Assembly (NCBI RefSeq): GCF_006345805.1
Contig: NC_042999.1
Coordinates: 160,456,001 to 160,520,000 of the forward strand
Length of the DNA stretch: 64,000 bases
DNA from: Octopus sinensis
Taxonomy: Eukaryota
Direction of reading: 5' to 3'
In this document: in pieces, positions 49,775 to 62,813 of the stretch
Numbering within the stretch: the first letter of the stretch is position 1
Layout: each line of letters begins with the position of its first letter
Notes under the pieces: model-generated
What the model saw: the letters and a program-made list of their open reading frames with translations, nothing else
Told to the model about the DNA's origin: nothing
The model's database searches: none
Translations under genes and position numbers: made by a program

Positions 49775-51380
49775 TTTTCTACTTGTTTCAGTCATTTAAC
49801 TGTGGCCATGCTGGAGCACCACCTTTAATCGAGCAACTCGACCCCGGGACTTATTCTTTTGTAAGCCCAGTACTTATTCTATCGGTCTCTTTTACCGAAC
49901 CGCTAAGTAACGGGGACGTAAACACACCAGCATCGGTTGTCAAGCAATGCTAGGGGGACAAACACAGACACAAACACACACACACGCATATATATATATA
50001 TACATATATACGACAGGCTTCTTTCAGTTTCTGTCTATCAAATCCACTCACAAGGCTTTGGTCGGCCCGAGGCTATAGTAGAAGACACTTGCCCAAGATG
50101 CCATGCAGTGGGACTGAACCCGGAACCATGTGGTTGGTAAACTAGCTCCTTACCACACAGCCACTCCTGTACCTACTTATTCATTTTTTTGTTTTTTGTT
50201 TCAAAATTTAGTAGATGAAATAAAATGGTGCTGTTGAGTATTGAGTAATGCAGAAAAGAAAGTAAGATAACAGATTGCTAGCGAATGACTTGCACAGTAA
50301 ATATTCACTGCTGTAGTGAATAATTTGTTTGAAACTGAAATAATTCTTACTAGGTTGTTTATGTCAATTTCTCTTCCAGCAGCCACCATCAGTCAGTCAA
50401 AAAAGTGATTCCAAAAGTAGATTCCTAGGGAACCCTTATGTTCCACAGAGAAACTCCTGGGATCCACATGATAATTTGAGTTCTAATAAAATTTAATTAA
50501 GATACATTTTATAAAAAAAATTCTATTCATGATCTTCAAAATAAGTTATTAAATGATTAAAATCTCTCCGATGATAATTTTATTTCCATTCAATTTCAAA
50601 CTTGTTTGCATAACAAAATCAAACATTTCATTCTTAATGACCTGATATAAAGGTAAATACATTACCTAATGTATTCTTGATCCAATATATATATATATAT
50701 AACAGTCTGTGTGTGTGTGTGTGTGTAAGAAGATGTGCTTGGCAGTAATGCCTTTGATCAAATGTCTACACGACCAAGGTTGACCAAGAACTAAATAACA
50801 ACAGCAGAATAAACTGAATACTATGAGAAACAGAAACAATCTATCATCTGCTACCTTGACTATAACACTGTCAAAGAACGATCTCATTAGAAGGTATAAC
50901 AAAGCAGTGACTGTTCATACAGAATCTTCTACAAAGCAAAAAGAATTTGTTCAGAAAAAAAATATAGGCGTAGGAGTGGCTGTGTGGTAAGTAGCTTGCT
51001 TACCAACCACATGGTTCCGGGTTCAGTCCCACTGCGTGGCATTTTGGGCAAGTGTCTTCTGCTATAGCCTCGGGCTGACCAATGCCTTGTGAGTGGATTT
51101 GGTAGACGGAAACTGAAAGAAGCCTGTCGTATATATGTATATATATATGTATTTGTGTGTATGTTTGTGTGTCTGTGTTTGTCCCCCTAGCATTGCTTGA
51201 CAACTGATGCTGGTGTGTTTACGTCCTCGTCACTTAGCGGTTCGGCAAAAGAGACCGATAGAATAAGTACTGGGCTTACAAAAGAATAAGTCCCGAGGTC
51301 GAGTTGCTCGATTAAAGGCGATGCTCCAGCATGGCCGCAGTCAAATGACTGAAACAAGTAAAAGAATAAAAGAGAAAGAG
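49775..51380. mobile_element. Two SINE A copies in opposite orientation (49775-50175 -, 50966-51380 +)
   Basis: Family matches. Confidence 0.8.
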
Positions 51381-52717
51381 TATACAAGATTGACAAAATT
51401 GTTAGAATATTGGGTGGGGGGAAATATCATAGTTACAGCCCTTTACTATCTGAATTTATGAGTTCAAATTCCATTAAGGTCAACTTTGACTTTTATCCTT
51501 CTGAGATTAAAATTATTGTTTCTAACATAGTCACAAGGCCACAAATTTGGAGTGTGTGGGGGCAGTCAGTGACACTAACCCTAGTAATTGACAGGTACTT
51601 TATTTTATCAATCCAGAAAAGGTGAAAGGTAAAGCTAACATTGGCAGGATTAGAACTCAGAATGCAAAGATCTAGAACAAATACCACATAACATCTCATC
51701 CAGCCATGTGTGGAAGGGGATTTTTTGAGGTTTGGGTAATTCACCTCAGGAAACATGGGTGTTTCATTCATCACCCTTAAACAACCCTTATTCAGGGTCT
51801 TTTTGAGCAGGATGGGCTACTTGACCTGATGAAGATACTAACTGGACCCCACCTGCAAGGTCATGCACTGTTTATCTGGACATAAGGTCATCATGTCATG
51901 CACATATGGTTGTGGTGCATGTGCCTGGTGTACCCTTATCAGATGGGTAGTCATGATGGGTATACTGGGCTTCATATATTTGTACCACTAAGCTAACGAT
52001 TCTGCCAGCTCACCACCTTAATAATGATAACAACAACAAATAAAAAAAGGAAGGAGAATTTGCAGTGTTATATACTTTTTTAGATTTTAATTTTAGTGTC
52101 AGATATAAAGTTTTATGTGTTACTGTGTGGTTGTGTGTCAAGAGGTGTGATGTGTGTCGAGACAATTGATAGGTTAGTAGTGACGTGGAGCGTATTCCAT
52201 CTGACCAGGCAGATCACTATAATGGTAATAATAGAGCAGTGTGTGTATAACAGTGTCTCAGAAATGTTGAGAAAGTATGTTGTTATTGTTGTTCTTTAGC
52301 CTTTCTGTTTTTTTGTTGTTTTTTCTTTCACACTCATTCTATTTTTTTAATCCTTTCCGTAACAGCTTAACTAAGATCACTTCTATACTTTGATGCAAAT
52401 CCACTGATTTAATAGGTTCATATTTAAATTAAAACCTCCTATCAATATTTTATGCAAACAAATCTTTATAAGCTATGTTTCAACACTAATTTAACATACT
52501 AATTAAGGAAGAAGCTTATTGTTTTAAAAATTAACTGAAACATAAGGAGTGTGCTTCAGTAGAAGTTAGGTTGCATAGCAAACTGGAAGTCCTTAAAGCA
52601 TTGGATAAAGTACCTTATAGTTTTCATTTATCCCTTTGTGCTCTAGGTTCAAATACTGATGAGGTAATAGCTTAGCTCTTCAAGGTCAATAAAAAAATAT
52701 AATTTTTTTTTTTTAAA

Positions 52718-53145
52718 TTTTATCTAGTTTCAGCTCATGAGCTGTGGCCATGCTGGGGCACCGCCATTTGGTGTTGCTACATGATTTTACTTCACGAATG
52801 CTTTTTAGCAATTGCCATTTGGTGCATGAGAGAGTTCGATGCAGCTGCCCTCATCTGCACCTCCTGCCGTGAAGTTGGTTCATCTGGGACACCTGACAGG
52901 AAGAGGTCCAGTTTTATTTTAAAGACATCTGCATCCACCCCATGCAGGTCTCTCAGGTTCTTCGGGAGGATATTGAAGAACTGTGGGCCTCTGAAGCCCA
53001 GGCTATCACAGTATCTTGTCCTACATCTTGATGGCAAATTTGGAGTCCTTGGCACTATGCAGTGGCGCCCAGTTCTAGCATTTGTGTAACTCTCGATGCC
53101 AAAGTTTGGGACAAGTCCTTCTAGGATCTTCCAAATGTATCATTG
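52718..53145 (-). mobile_element. CR1/L2-group LINE 3' end (ORF2 C-terminus plus tail)
   Basis: YIWKILEGLVPN...GPQFFNILP...FKIKLDLFLSGVPDEP...RAAASNSL; tail GGCGGTGCCCCAGCATGGCCACAGCTCATGAGCTGAAAC. Confidence 0.8.
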
Positions 53146-53449
53146 TTAGAGTTTTTTTAAAAAGATGTGTTGCAATAGCCATTCCAGCTCTTTGTGCTTT
53201 GTGTTCAAATTCCTTCAAGGGTCTTAAGGCCTTCTGTAGGTCAGGGCTAATTATTTAACCACATAACCATAATTGATTATGAAGCATACGATGGAGGCAG
53301 GAGTGTCAAGTTGTTGATAACTGAATCAAAATGATGTTGATGATGATGATGATGATAAGAGTGTGTGACATGAGGGAGATCTAGCAGCTATTTCTAGCAG
53401 ATTAAGCAAGCAACCACATATAGGTTTCCTCATTGGTTCATCTCTTTTA

Positions 53450-53653
53450 TCTCTTTTATCCCTTTTATTTGTTTCTGTCATTAGACTGTGGCCATGCTGG
53501 GGCACTGCCTTGAATTTTTAGTTGAATGAATCAATCCCCATACTTCTTTCTTCTTTTTTTAGCTTGTCACTTATTCTATCAATCTCTTTGCCAAACCACT
53601 AAGTTACAGGATATAGGCACACCAACATCACTTTATCAAGTGGAGGTGGGAGA

Positions 53654-53691
<38 letters not shown>

Positions 53692-53960
53692 CACACACAC
53701 ACACACACACATACACACACACACATACACACACACATGCACACACACACACATACACACACATACACACACACACATGCATACACACACATGTATACGA
53801 CAAGCTTCTTTTGGTTTCTGTCTACCAAATCCACTCACAAGGCCTTGATTGGCCCGAAGCTGTGGTAGAAGACACTTGCCTTAGGTGCTAAACAGTGGGA
53901 CTGAACCCAGAACCATGTGGTTGCGAAGCAAGCAGCTTACTACAAAGCAATGCCTGCAGC
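53450..53960 (-). mobile_element. Diverged SINE family A with a long (CA)n
   Basis: Reverse-complement match. Confidence 0.7.
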
Positions 53961-54806
53961 TCATATGCATAAATTATTGTTGTTCTAGTACTTGTGGTGC
54001 CCAATGTTTAATTGACCATTTGGTATAATAAGATTGGTTGTCTGCAGTGCGTATAGATTACTAAAGCAACAGTATTGGTGAGGAGTATATTTTGACTATT
54101 ACAGTGATAAAAGCAACACAGCATTTGCATAGACAGTTGTAAGAGTGGTATATATTGCTGATGTGGTAGCAGTGATGGTGTTTAGTGTTTAGAAATCATA
54201 TATGTGAAAGTAGGCATGTAGATCCTGTACAAAGCATTGATATGATTACCATAGCATAGCAGGGTGTTTCTAATCTATTAGTATGCTTGAAGCGTTGTGC
54301 ATGAAGTAATGTAGAGAGATGTATCTATATGCGTTTATACACATGCTCTGTTGCTTTGGAATTTGTCAATATTTGAGAGAGTTTGCCCACCAAGTTGAAA
54401 CGATAAAATTATGCAATAATATTAAGACTGGATCAATTTCTTTATTCTAAATATTTTCAGCATTATATTATGTATATAGAATGTCTGTTTCAGTTGGAAG
54501 TCCATTTACATTTATGCTCTTTTAAAGTATTTATCCATTTTTATCATTTGATCTTTGCTAGCCAAAACCCATCTTACTTACTTCCTCAATTATTTAGTTA
54601 AATCACTTAAATCATGAATATTAAATCAGGAATTCTTCACTAAATTTTTTAAAGTTTAGACTTTATTGGCATACCAAGCATTAACTTCATCCCATTTCTT
54701 AGATGTCATAGATAAAAACAGAGCTATAATTCTATTTTCTTCATTGATATTTGTTTTTTAAAGTAAGTAGCAGGAATTGATAGAACAAGAAATAGAAGAC
54801 CTTCCA

Positions 54807-55238
54807 GGGATTGTTTCGGTTCGAACGGCAGTTTTTTCTAGCGGTGTCATATGAAATTGTTACCCATAATTATGACCCTAGTATCGATCTATTGCATTTC
54901 AATCTGTTTTAGGGTTAGGGTTAGTTAGGGTTAGGGGTGGGGGGAAGGGTATCTTTTTTTCTTCACAAATGTAAATAAACCCAATCTGTTTCTTAAACGA
55001 GGGACATATTCATACGGCACAGAATGTTTTTTTTTACCTCAATAGACGTCATTGATTGGTTGAAATTGAAGAAATTGAAGAAAAAAAACAACAAATATCT
55101 TACAAACTATAGAATTTTCTCAATAAAGCCAAGAGAAAAAGATGTTTTATAAACACATTCTACCAGTATACGAAGTTTAAAATTTTTTAGTTACCTAGAA
55201 ATTATGTTAAAAACTGCTGTTCAAGCCGAAAAGATCCC
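54807..55238. mobile_element. Unclassified 432-bp MITE with 30-bp imperfect TIRs, 6-bp TSD and internal TTAGGG repeats
   Basis: GGGATTGTTTCGGTTCGAACGGCAGTTTTT versus GGGATCTTTTCGGCTTGAACAGCAGTTTTT; CTTCCA on both flanks; TTAGGG x4 at 54909-54936. Confidence 0.75.
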
Positions 55239-55631
55239 CTTCCAGTATTTAGCTATATATTTCATTATATTCTAAGTTCAAATTTTGTTGAAGAAAACTT
55301 TACCTTTTATCCATTTGGGTCAATAAAATAAAGGAGTCGCTAAGTTCTGGTGTCATAATAATTGACTATACCCTCTCCAACAGCTTATGGCTTCATGCCT
55401 AAGTAAGAAATTGTTAACATTGTTCTTATTGCAGTTCTTTACATTCTGAGTTCAAATTCCATCATGGTCAACTTTGCATTTCACCCTTTCAGGGTCAATA
55501 ACATAAGCATCAGCCATGTACATTCCCTCCTGTAAAGACTATTGGCTTTGTGCCAAAATTTAAATTAGCATGGTTTTGATTTTTGCAGTGGATGTTAGAA
55601 GCAATAAAGTAGCAGACCAAAATATTTTACA

Positions 55632-56000
55632 ATCATCATCATTGTTTGACCGTGGTATAGACAATGGAATTTACCATGCTACGCCAGACTTCACGGTCCA
55701 TCGTGGCATTACGGAGGTCCTGTTGCTGGATGCCTGTATCACTCATCATCATCATTGTTTGACCGTGGTCGAGACAATGGAATTTACCATGCTACGCCAG
55801 ACTTCACGGTCCATCATGGCATTACGGAGGTACTGTTGCTGGATGCCTGTATCCCTGGAGATTACATCAGGGTAGGAGAGTGTGCGCCCTCTGGTATTGC
55901 GAGTAGATGGCTTTCAGAGGAGAAGAGTAGAAATTACCTCTTTTTCAGCTCTACAACAATGTCCAGCAAACTGGACTCTCTTACCTTTCACAAGAGATGA
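55632..56000 (-). mobile_element. Second RTE family 3' end with its terminal ~110 bp duplicated in tandem
   Basis: RVQFAGHCCRAEKEVI...YPDVISRDTG...MDREVWRSMV* then (GAT)n, with the end repeated. Confidence 0.8.
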
Positions 56001-57011
56001 CACAGGTGGTAGTTTCCCATATATTTGCATTTTGGTTGGATGGCGCTTCCACGAGAGATCACTTTGTTTGTATTATAGTGCATTGGTGTACCATTCAAAA
56101 CTTTTTATTCTTTACACACACACACACACACATATATATAACAATAAATAAAACAGTACTTAGTTATGCCTCTTTGCATTCTTGGTTCAAATCCCACAAG
56201 AGATGACTTTGTTTTTCATCCTTCTGTGGTCAATAAAATGAAACTTAATTAAGTATTGGGCTAAATATAATTGTCTACCCCATCCCTCAAAATATTTGGT
56301 CTTGTTCATATGATAAAAATCCAATATCGTTTTGTACTTACTATTTGCCATCAACACAGATCATCACCAGTTTCCTTGGATTCTACTGTTTTATTTATTG
56401 TTAACGGTATCAACAGTTTTATATTTTACTATAGACATACATGAAGATTGACTGAGGTTCTGGGAGACAACATTGGCTTTTTGTGTGCACATTGTTTGCA
56501 CTACCCACCAGCCAGTAACCATTCTTCCCAGCCCCTCGTCTTCAGAATTTATCCCTTCATTATTCTTAGTTCTTCTTCATCAGAATTTCCTCTCACCATA
56601 TGTTTTTACTGCTGTCATAGACTTGCAACAGTTCAGTGGGAACATTAACTGTGTTAAGAGAATACAATGCAAAATCATTGGCACTGTACTTTTTCTCTGG
56701 GATCATAGTAAGAATTTCCTACCAACATCTTCCTTATATATTCAACAGGATTACTACTCAGACACGACAAATATCTTTCATTAGAACTTTAATCAAATAA
56801 AATAGTAATGATTTTCTTAACCATTTTTAGAATTCTCCATTTGGTTCCCTTAATATTGGGCAGAAAACCAATTTTTGCAACCAAGGCATATCAAGTTTGG
56901 TCCCATTATATAGCACCTTAAGCAAGTTTCTTTTACAACAGCATTGTATGTACTTCTTGTACTCACAAGCCCTTTGGGAATGAAATCAGTAAATGGAAAC
57001 TATGTGGAAGC

Positions 57012-57047
<36 letters not shown>

Positions 57048-57054
57048 TAAATAT

Positions 57055-57228
57055 TAGGGAATAAATCCAAATTTACAGGGAAAAAATCAGATTTGTGATT
57101 AAATCGATTTTATAGTAAAATATTATAAAATATTATTCGAGACAAAACCACTATTTTGCAAAACAAACAAGATTATAGCAGCGACTCCATCTTGTTTGTT
57201 TTGCAAAATAGTGGTTTTGTCTCGAATA

Positions 57229-57270
<42 letters not shown>

Positions 57271-57627
57271 AGAGTATTGTAATTCACTCAAAGCATTGTA
57301 TATTGTTTGTAAAGAATAAAAAGTTCTGAATAGTACAACAATGCATTATAATACAAACATTGGGCTACATACCTGTTGTAATTTAGTGATCCACAGTCTG
57401 ATAATATTTCGGAATAAAATTCCTTCTTCAGATATTTTTAGATGGAGTCGCTGCTATAATCTTGTCTTAAATAGGATTATAGCAGTAATTCCATCTAAGA
57501 ATATCTGAAAAAAGAATTTTATTCCGAAATATTATCAGACTGTGGATGACTAAATTACAACAGGTGTATATAGCCCATTGTTTGTATTATAGTGCATTGG
57601 TGTACCATTCAAAACTTTTTATTCTTT

Positions 57628-57630
<3 letters not shown>
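57055..57630. mobile_element. Fold-back Penelope-like non-autonomous repeat with hammerhead motifs
   Basis: Perfect 50-bp IR (57124-57173/57189-57238); ~154-bp imperfect IR (57309-57461/57475-57629); minus-strand CTGAAGA-A-GGAAT(TTT)ATTCC-GAAA-TAT-T at 57403-57431. Confidence 0.6.
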
Positions 57631-57668
<38 letters not shown>

Positions 57669-57669
57669 A

Positions 57670-57700
<31 letters not shown>

Positions 57701-57701
57701 A

Positions 57702-57736
<35 letters not shown>

Positions 57737-58149
57737 AACACACACACACACACACACACATACAAACACGCATACAGAGAGAAAGAGAGAGAGAGCAAGA
57801 CATTTCTACCTGTCCTGGCAAAAAAATTATGTCTCCACTGATGCAAATATCATCACCAACACCACTGCTGCCATCACTTTGTGAGAGAGTCTTTCGCTTT
57901 TATCCTGTTTTCCCTTAGTAGTTCCTCTCCTGTCTTGCTAGCCACTTGGCAACTCCACTGGTGCCAGTAACACAGAAAAAGCATTCAGTACACACTGGGT
58001 TCTTAGGAAGGGAAAATTTAGAAGGACATTCAGCTATAGAAATCCTACCAAAGCTAATTTGGTGCACAATGCATCTCAGTGGCTCACCAGATGCTGTCAA
58101 ACCATTCAGCCCATGCCAGTGTGGAAAACAGACATTATAATATGATGTG

Positions 58150-58422
58150 AAGATGATGATGATGATGATCATCATCATCATCGTTTAACATCCGCTTTCC
58201 ATGCTAGCACGGGTTGGACGGTTCAACTGGGGTCTGGGAAGCCAGAAGGCTGCACCAGGCCCAGTCTGATCTGGCAGTGTTTCTACAGCTGGATGCCCTT
58301 CCTAATGCCAACCACTCCATGAGTGTAATGGATGCTTTTTACGTGCCACGACGACACAGGTGCCAGACGAGGCTGGCAACGGCCACGATTGGATGGTGCT
58401 TTTTACATGCCACCGGCACGGA

Positions 58423-58425
<3 letters not shown>
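58150..58425 (-). mobile_element. RTE 3' terminus
   Basis: (CAT)n plus terminus reverse complement. Confidence 0.8.
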
Positions 58426-58461
<36 letters not shown>

Positions 58462-58464
<3 letters not shown>

Positions 58465-58759
58465 TTATATATAAAAGTCAAGTTGTGTGTCTGTCTCCTA
58501 CGATTTAGATTCCTAACTACTCCCACATTTTGCGGTGCAGTTTAACCAAAACCGGGTATCTTATAGTCGTGATTCATATCGAGCCCTTCTGGGTATTAGC
58601 GCATGTCTACGATGAGTCTACGATTTAAAAAAAAATTTGCCATCAATTTTTTTTCCATTTTTAATGTATTTTTTTGCTATTTTTTGGCTATAACTCTCTA
58701 AAAATGCTTATATAGTTATTTCCCTTACAAACCTGAGCAACGCCGGGCGATACTGCTAG
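58462..58759 (+). mobile_element. Helitron family E, short variant (298 bp)
   Basis: A|TC...CTAG|T; lacks the 99-bp insert. Confidence 0.88.
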
Positions 58760-59039
58760 TATATATATATATATATATATAGTGGGTGTATATGAGTGGC
58801 CTGTATGTGTTTCTATGTATCTGGCTCTATGTCAGTTTTTACATTGACCCTGCTTGTACAAAAAAAAAGACAATGTCTTTGTCTGTGTCTTGCATCTTAG
58901 CCGTTCAGCAAGCAGAGCTCAACAGGGCAGCAAGTGCCAGACTTAAAACTAAGTACTAGTGGTTGTATCATTGATTGAAACCTTTTTAAGTTGGTCCCCC
59001 AGTAAGGTCACCATCCAAGTAAAAGTCTATTATTATATA

Positions 59040-59437
59040 CCAGCAGTATCGCCCGGCGTTGCTCGGGTTTGTAAGGGAAATAACTATATAAGCATTTTTA
59101 GAGATGTAAAGTATAATAGCCATCTCAATATGACTAACCACAAAGGGGGGGGTGTTACTGTAGCTTTTTACGTTCTGAGATTTAATAATAAATTTTTAGA
59201 GAGTTACTTCCCTTATATATGCCAAAAATACATTAAAAAATGGGAAAAATTGATGGTAAATTCTTTTTTAAATCGTAGACTCATCGTAGACACGCGCTAA
59301 TACCCAGAAGGGCTCGATATGAATCACGACTATAAGATATGCGGTTTTGGTTAAACTGCACCGCAAAATGTGGGAGTAGTTAGGAATCTAAATCGTAGGA
59401 GACAGACAGCACACAACCTCACTTTTATATATAAAGA
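59040..59437 (-). mobile_element. Helitron family E, long variant (CTGG end)
   Basis: Reverse-complement match; terminal CTAG mutated. Confidence 0.85.
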
Positions 59438-60285
59438 TATTGTTGTTCCCAAAAGACTACTGCTGTTTGCCTTATTGTTCTTCTGCAAAATAAGAAATGT
59501 TGATAAAGAGCAAAACAGATGTCATGAAACCCCTGACATTCAAACTAAGTATAGAAACGTATTTTGTGTATCTCTGTAGAGTCCTTGTTTTAATTCCAGC
59601 ATTAACTCTTGCAATGACAATATGAGGAAGGAGCGGATAACCAATCACTTGATCTGCTAAAACAACAACCAAATCTCCATCAAAGCGCATCTTGTCTTGA
59701 ACAGGAGAAAACACATTGGACAATGTTATCTTAGATACCTGAAGAAACAGAATGATCACAGCTGGAATATTGATCACAGCTGACCTAAGGGTCAACAACA
59801 ATAACAGCCTGGTCAATTTAGCCAGCAAATCTTTTGCATCAAACTCTGTTCAAAAGAGACAACCCATTTCAAGAATTTAATTTTGGTACTGAATTGCTTG
59901 TAACAAAGACAGGATGAGTAAAGAGGCATTCACTTAAATGCAAATTATACACTAGCCAGATGCTAATCATATTCTTCAATTTGATTGGCTACTTTCATAG
60001 ACCTGTTCAGGCAACATTAACTGGGTCAATCCAATAACAAAAACAACTTTCCCAATATCATTAACAATGTCACCTTTGCCCCCTCTTAATATCTCGAGTG
60101 AATTCAATCACTATTTCTGATATTATAAAGAATTCAATTTAATTAAGTCTAACCAAAGCAAGACTCAACATTTTTAACCCTTCAAATGTTTTTTTTTTTC
60201 TTCCAGCAATTAAGTTGATCGATCCCTTAAATGTCAATGAAAATATCAATTCATGTTCATATTTTTATGAACATTTTATACGATA

Positions 60286-60686
60286 CTAGCAGTATCGCCC
60301 GGCGTTGCTCGGGTTTGTAAGGGAAATAACTATATAAGCATTTTTAGAGAGTTATAGCCAAAAAATAGCAAAAAAATGCATTAAAAATGGAAAAAAAATG
60401 ATGGTAAATTTTTTTTTAAATCGTTGACTCATCGTAGACATTTTTAGAGAGTTACTTCCCTTATATAATAGCGAAAAAATGCATTAAAATGGAAAAAAAT
60501 GATGGTAAATTATTTTTTAAATCGTAGACTCATCGTAGACGCACGCTAATACCCAGAAGGGCTCGATATGAATCACGACTATAAGATACCCGGTTTTGGT
60601 TAAATTGCACCGCAAAATGTGGGAGTAGTTAGGAATCTAAATCGTAGGAGACAGACAGCACACAACCTCACTTTTATATATAAAGA
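60286..60686 (-). mobile_element. Helitron family E, short variant with internal ~100-bp tandem duplication (401 bp)
   Basis: A|TC...CTAG|T; TTTTAGAGAGTTA...ATCGTAGAC repeated. Confidence 0.85.
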
Positions 60687-61214
60687 TTAAACAAAAATTC
60701 ATTTTAGGAATGTAAATACACTTGGTTCCCCACCACCCAAACTCTAATTTGTATCAAAACGCAAATAAATGAAGATGTGATCAAGTCACAAATTCACTCA
60801 TTCAGAAGTAAGCATTGTTAAAGACAGAATTCAGTTTTTCCTTGAAAATAATTATACAGTACACCATGGCATATTTGGTTCAATCCAGTTCTGTTGATAT
60901 GAAAATTGTCTTGCATTAACCTTCTGTTCACCATACTTTTAAATGTTTTACACGAAATACTTTACCTATGACTTTCAGTTAATTTTGAAAATAATCAATG
61001 ATTTGGTGGCAATTTAGTACAATAACTAATTTTATCATTATTAAACATATAGTCAACAATAGGACAATTTTGTTTTTACTAGAACATCAGATAGAGTGTC
61101 TTACAGAATTAGTTCCAATTCTCTGCACCTTGAGTTCAAATCTGTTGAGGTCATCTTTGTCTTTCATTGTTTTGGGGTTGATAATTAGAGTGCTACTTAA
61201 AACCTAGAGTTGTT

Positions 61215-61286
<72 letters not shown>

Positions 61287-61787
61287 ACTCTCTGAGTTAG
61301 TTATGTTGCACTGTGAGATGAGTCATGTGGAACTGTAAGTCATGTGACACTGTGAGATGAGTCATAGAATCTGTTTTTGAAGCTGTGGATTAAATTCAAG
61401 CAATGAATTAAATTCTTGAAATGAGTTGTCCTTTTCGAACAGGGTTTGATGAGAAAAATTTGAAGGCTAAATTGACCAGGCTGTTGTTATTTTTTACCCT
61501 TAGGCCAGCTCTGATCAGTAGTCCAGCTGTGACCATCCCGTTTCTTTGAGCAACTAAGATTACATTGTTCAATGAGAAGAGTTGAGCAAAGGAAAAACAG
61601 TCTCATCGCATATAAAAACTTATCTGCTACTGGGACTGTTCAAGGACAGCACAGCAGTATTACAGCTTAGCATGGAATGGAAATATAAAGAAGTAAGTTT
61701 GTAAAAAGAATTGGGTTTAGGAGGTGCAAATACTCTAAAATCTGAGTTTGGAAAGAAGATGAGTGTTAGATGTTATATTCTTCCTTA

Positions 61788-61951
61788 TAGGCATAGGAGT
61801 GGCTGTTTGTTAAGTAGCTTGCTTACGGACCACGTGGTTCCAGGTTCAGTTCCACTGTGTGGCACCTTGAGCAAATGTCTTCTACTAAAGCTTCGGGCCG
61901 ACCAAAGCCTTGTGAGTGGATTTGGTAGACAGAAACTGAAAGAAGCCCATC

Positions 61952-61994
<43 letters not shown>

Positions 61995-62386
61995 GAACAA
62001 TCTTACTTAGAAAGGGATGCGTGCGTTCTGTCATATAATAAATTAATAAATAAATAAAATATATGCATATATACATACATATATGTACGTACCTACATCT
62101 ACATGTATATATACATGCATATATGGGTACAGGACACCAAAAAACGTCGAACACAATGAGAAACGAAAACATAAACACAAAACCAAGGAAATGGACATTT
62201 TTTTAAAACAACGAAAAAATAGAGTACAGGACATACAAAACAAGGAAAATTCCCCTTCTTCAGTCGACGTTTTTTTGGTGTCCTGTACCCATATATGCAT
62301 GTATATATACATGTAGAGGTAGGTACGTACATATATGTATATATGCATATATTTTATTTATTTATTAATTTATATATATCTATATC

Positions 62387-62418
<32 letters not shown>

Positions 62419-62813
62419 ATTAAGAACAATCTTACTTAGAAAGGGATGCGTGCGTTCTGTCATATAATAAATTAATAAATAAATAAAATATATGCATATA
62501 TACATACATATATGTACGTACCTACATCTACATGTATATATACATGCATATATGGGTACAGGACACCAAAAAACGTCGAACACAATGAGAAACGAAAACA
62601 TAAACACAAAACCAAGGAAATGGACATTTTTTTAAAACAACGAAAAAATAGAGTACAGGACATACTAAACAAGGAAAATTCCCCTTCTTCAGTCGACGTT
62701 TTTTTGGTGTCCTGTACCCATATATGCATGTATATATACATGTAGAGGTAGGTACGTACATATATGTATATATGCATATATTTTATTTATTTATTAATTT
62801 ATATATATCTATA

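Noticed and set aside
54909-54936. True telomere or chromosome fusion site
   Set aside because: Only four units, single orientation, and embedded in a TIR/TSD-bounded element.
56440-56640. Acidic NSDEEE/NSEDE stretch suggesting a piggyBac transposase N-terminus
   Set aside because: It is too short and frame-broken, and no TIR or catalytic motif was found.
59472-59828. 118-aa ORF with an acceptor-like TTCTTCAG
   Set aside because: It is largely made of an old interspersed repeat also seen at ~61408-61570 and ~53370; there is no recognisable domain or donor.
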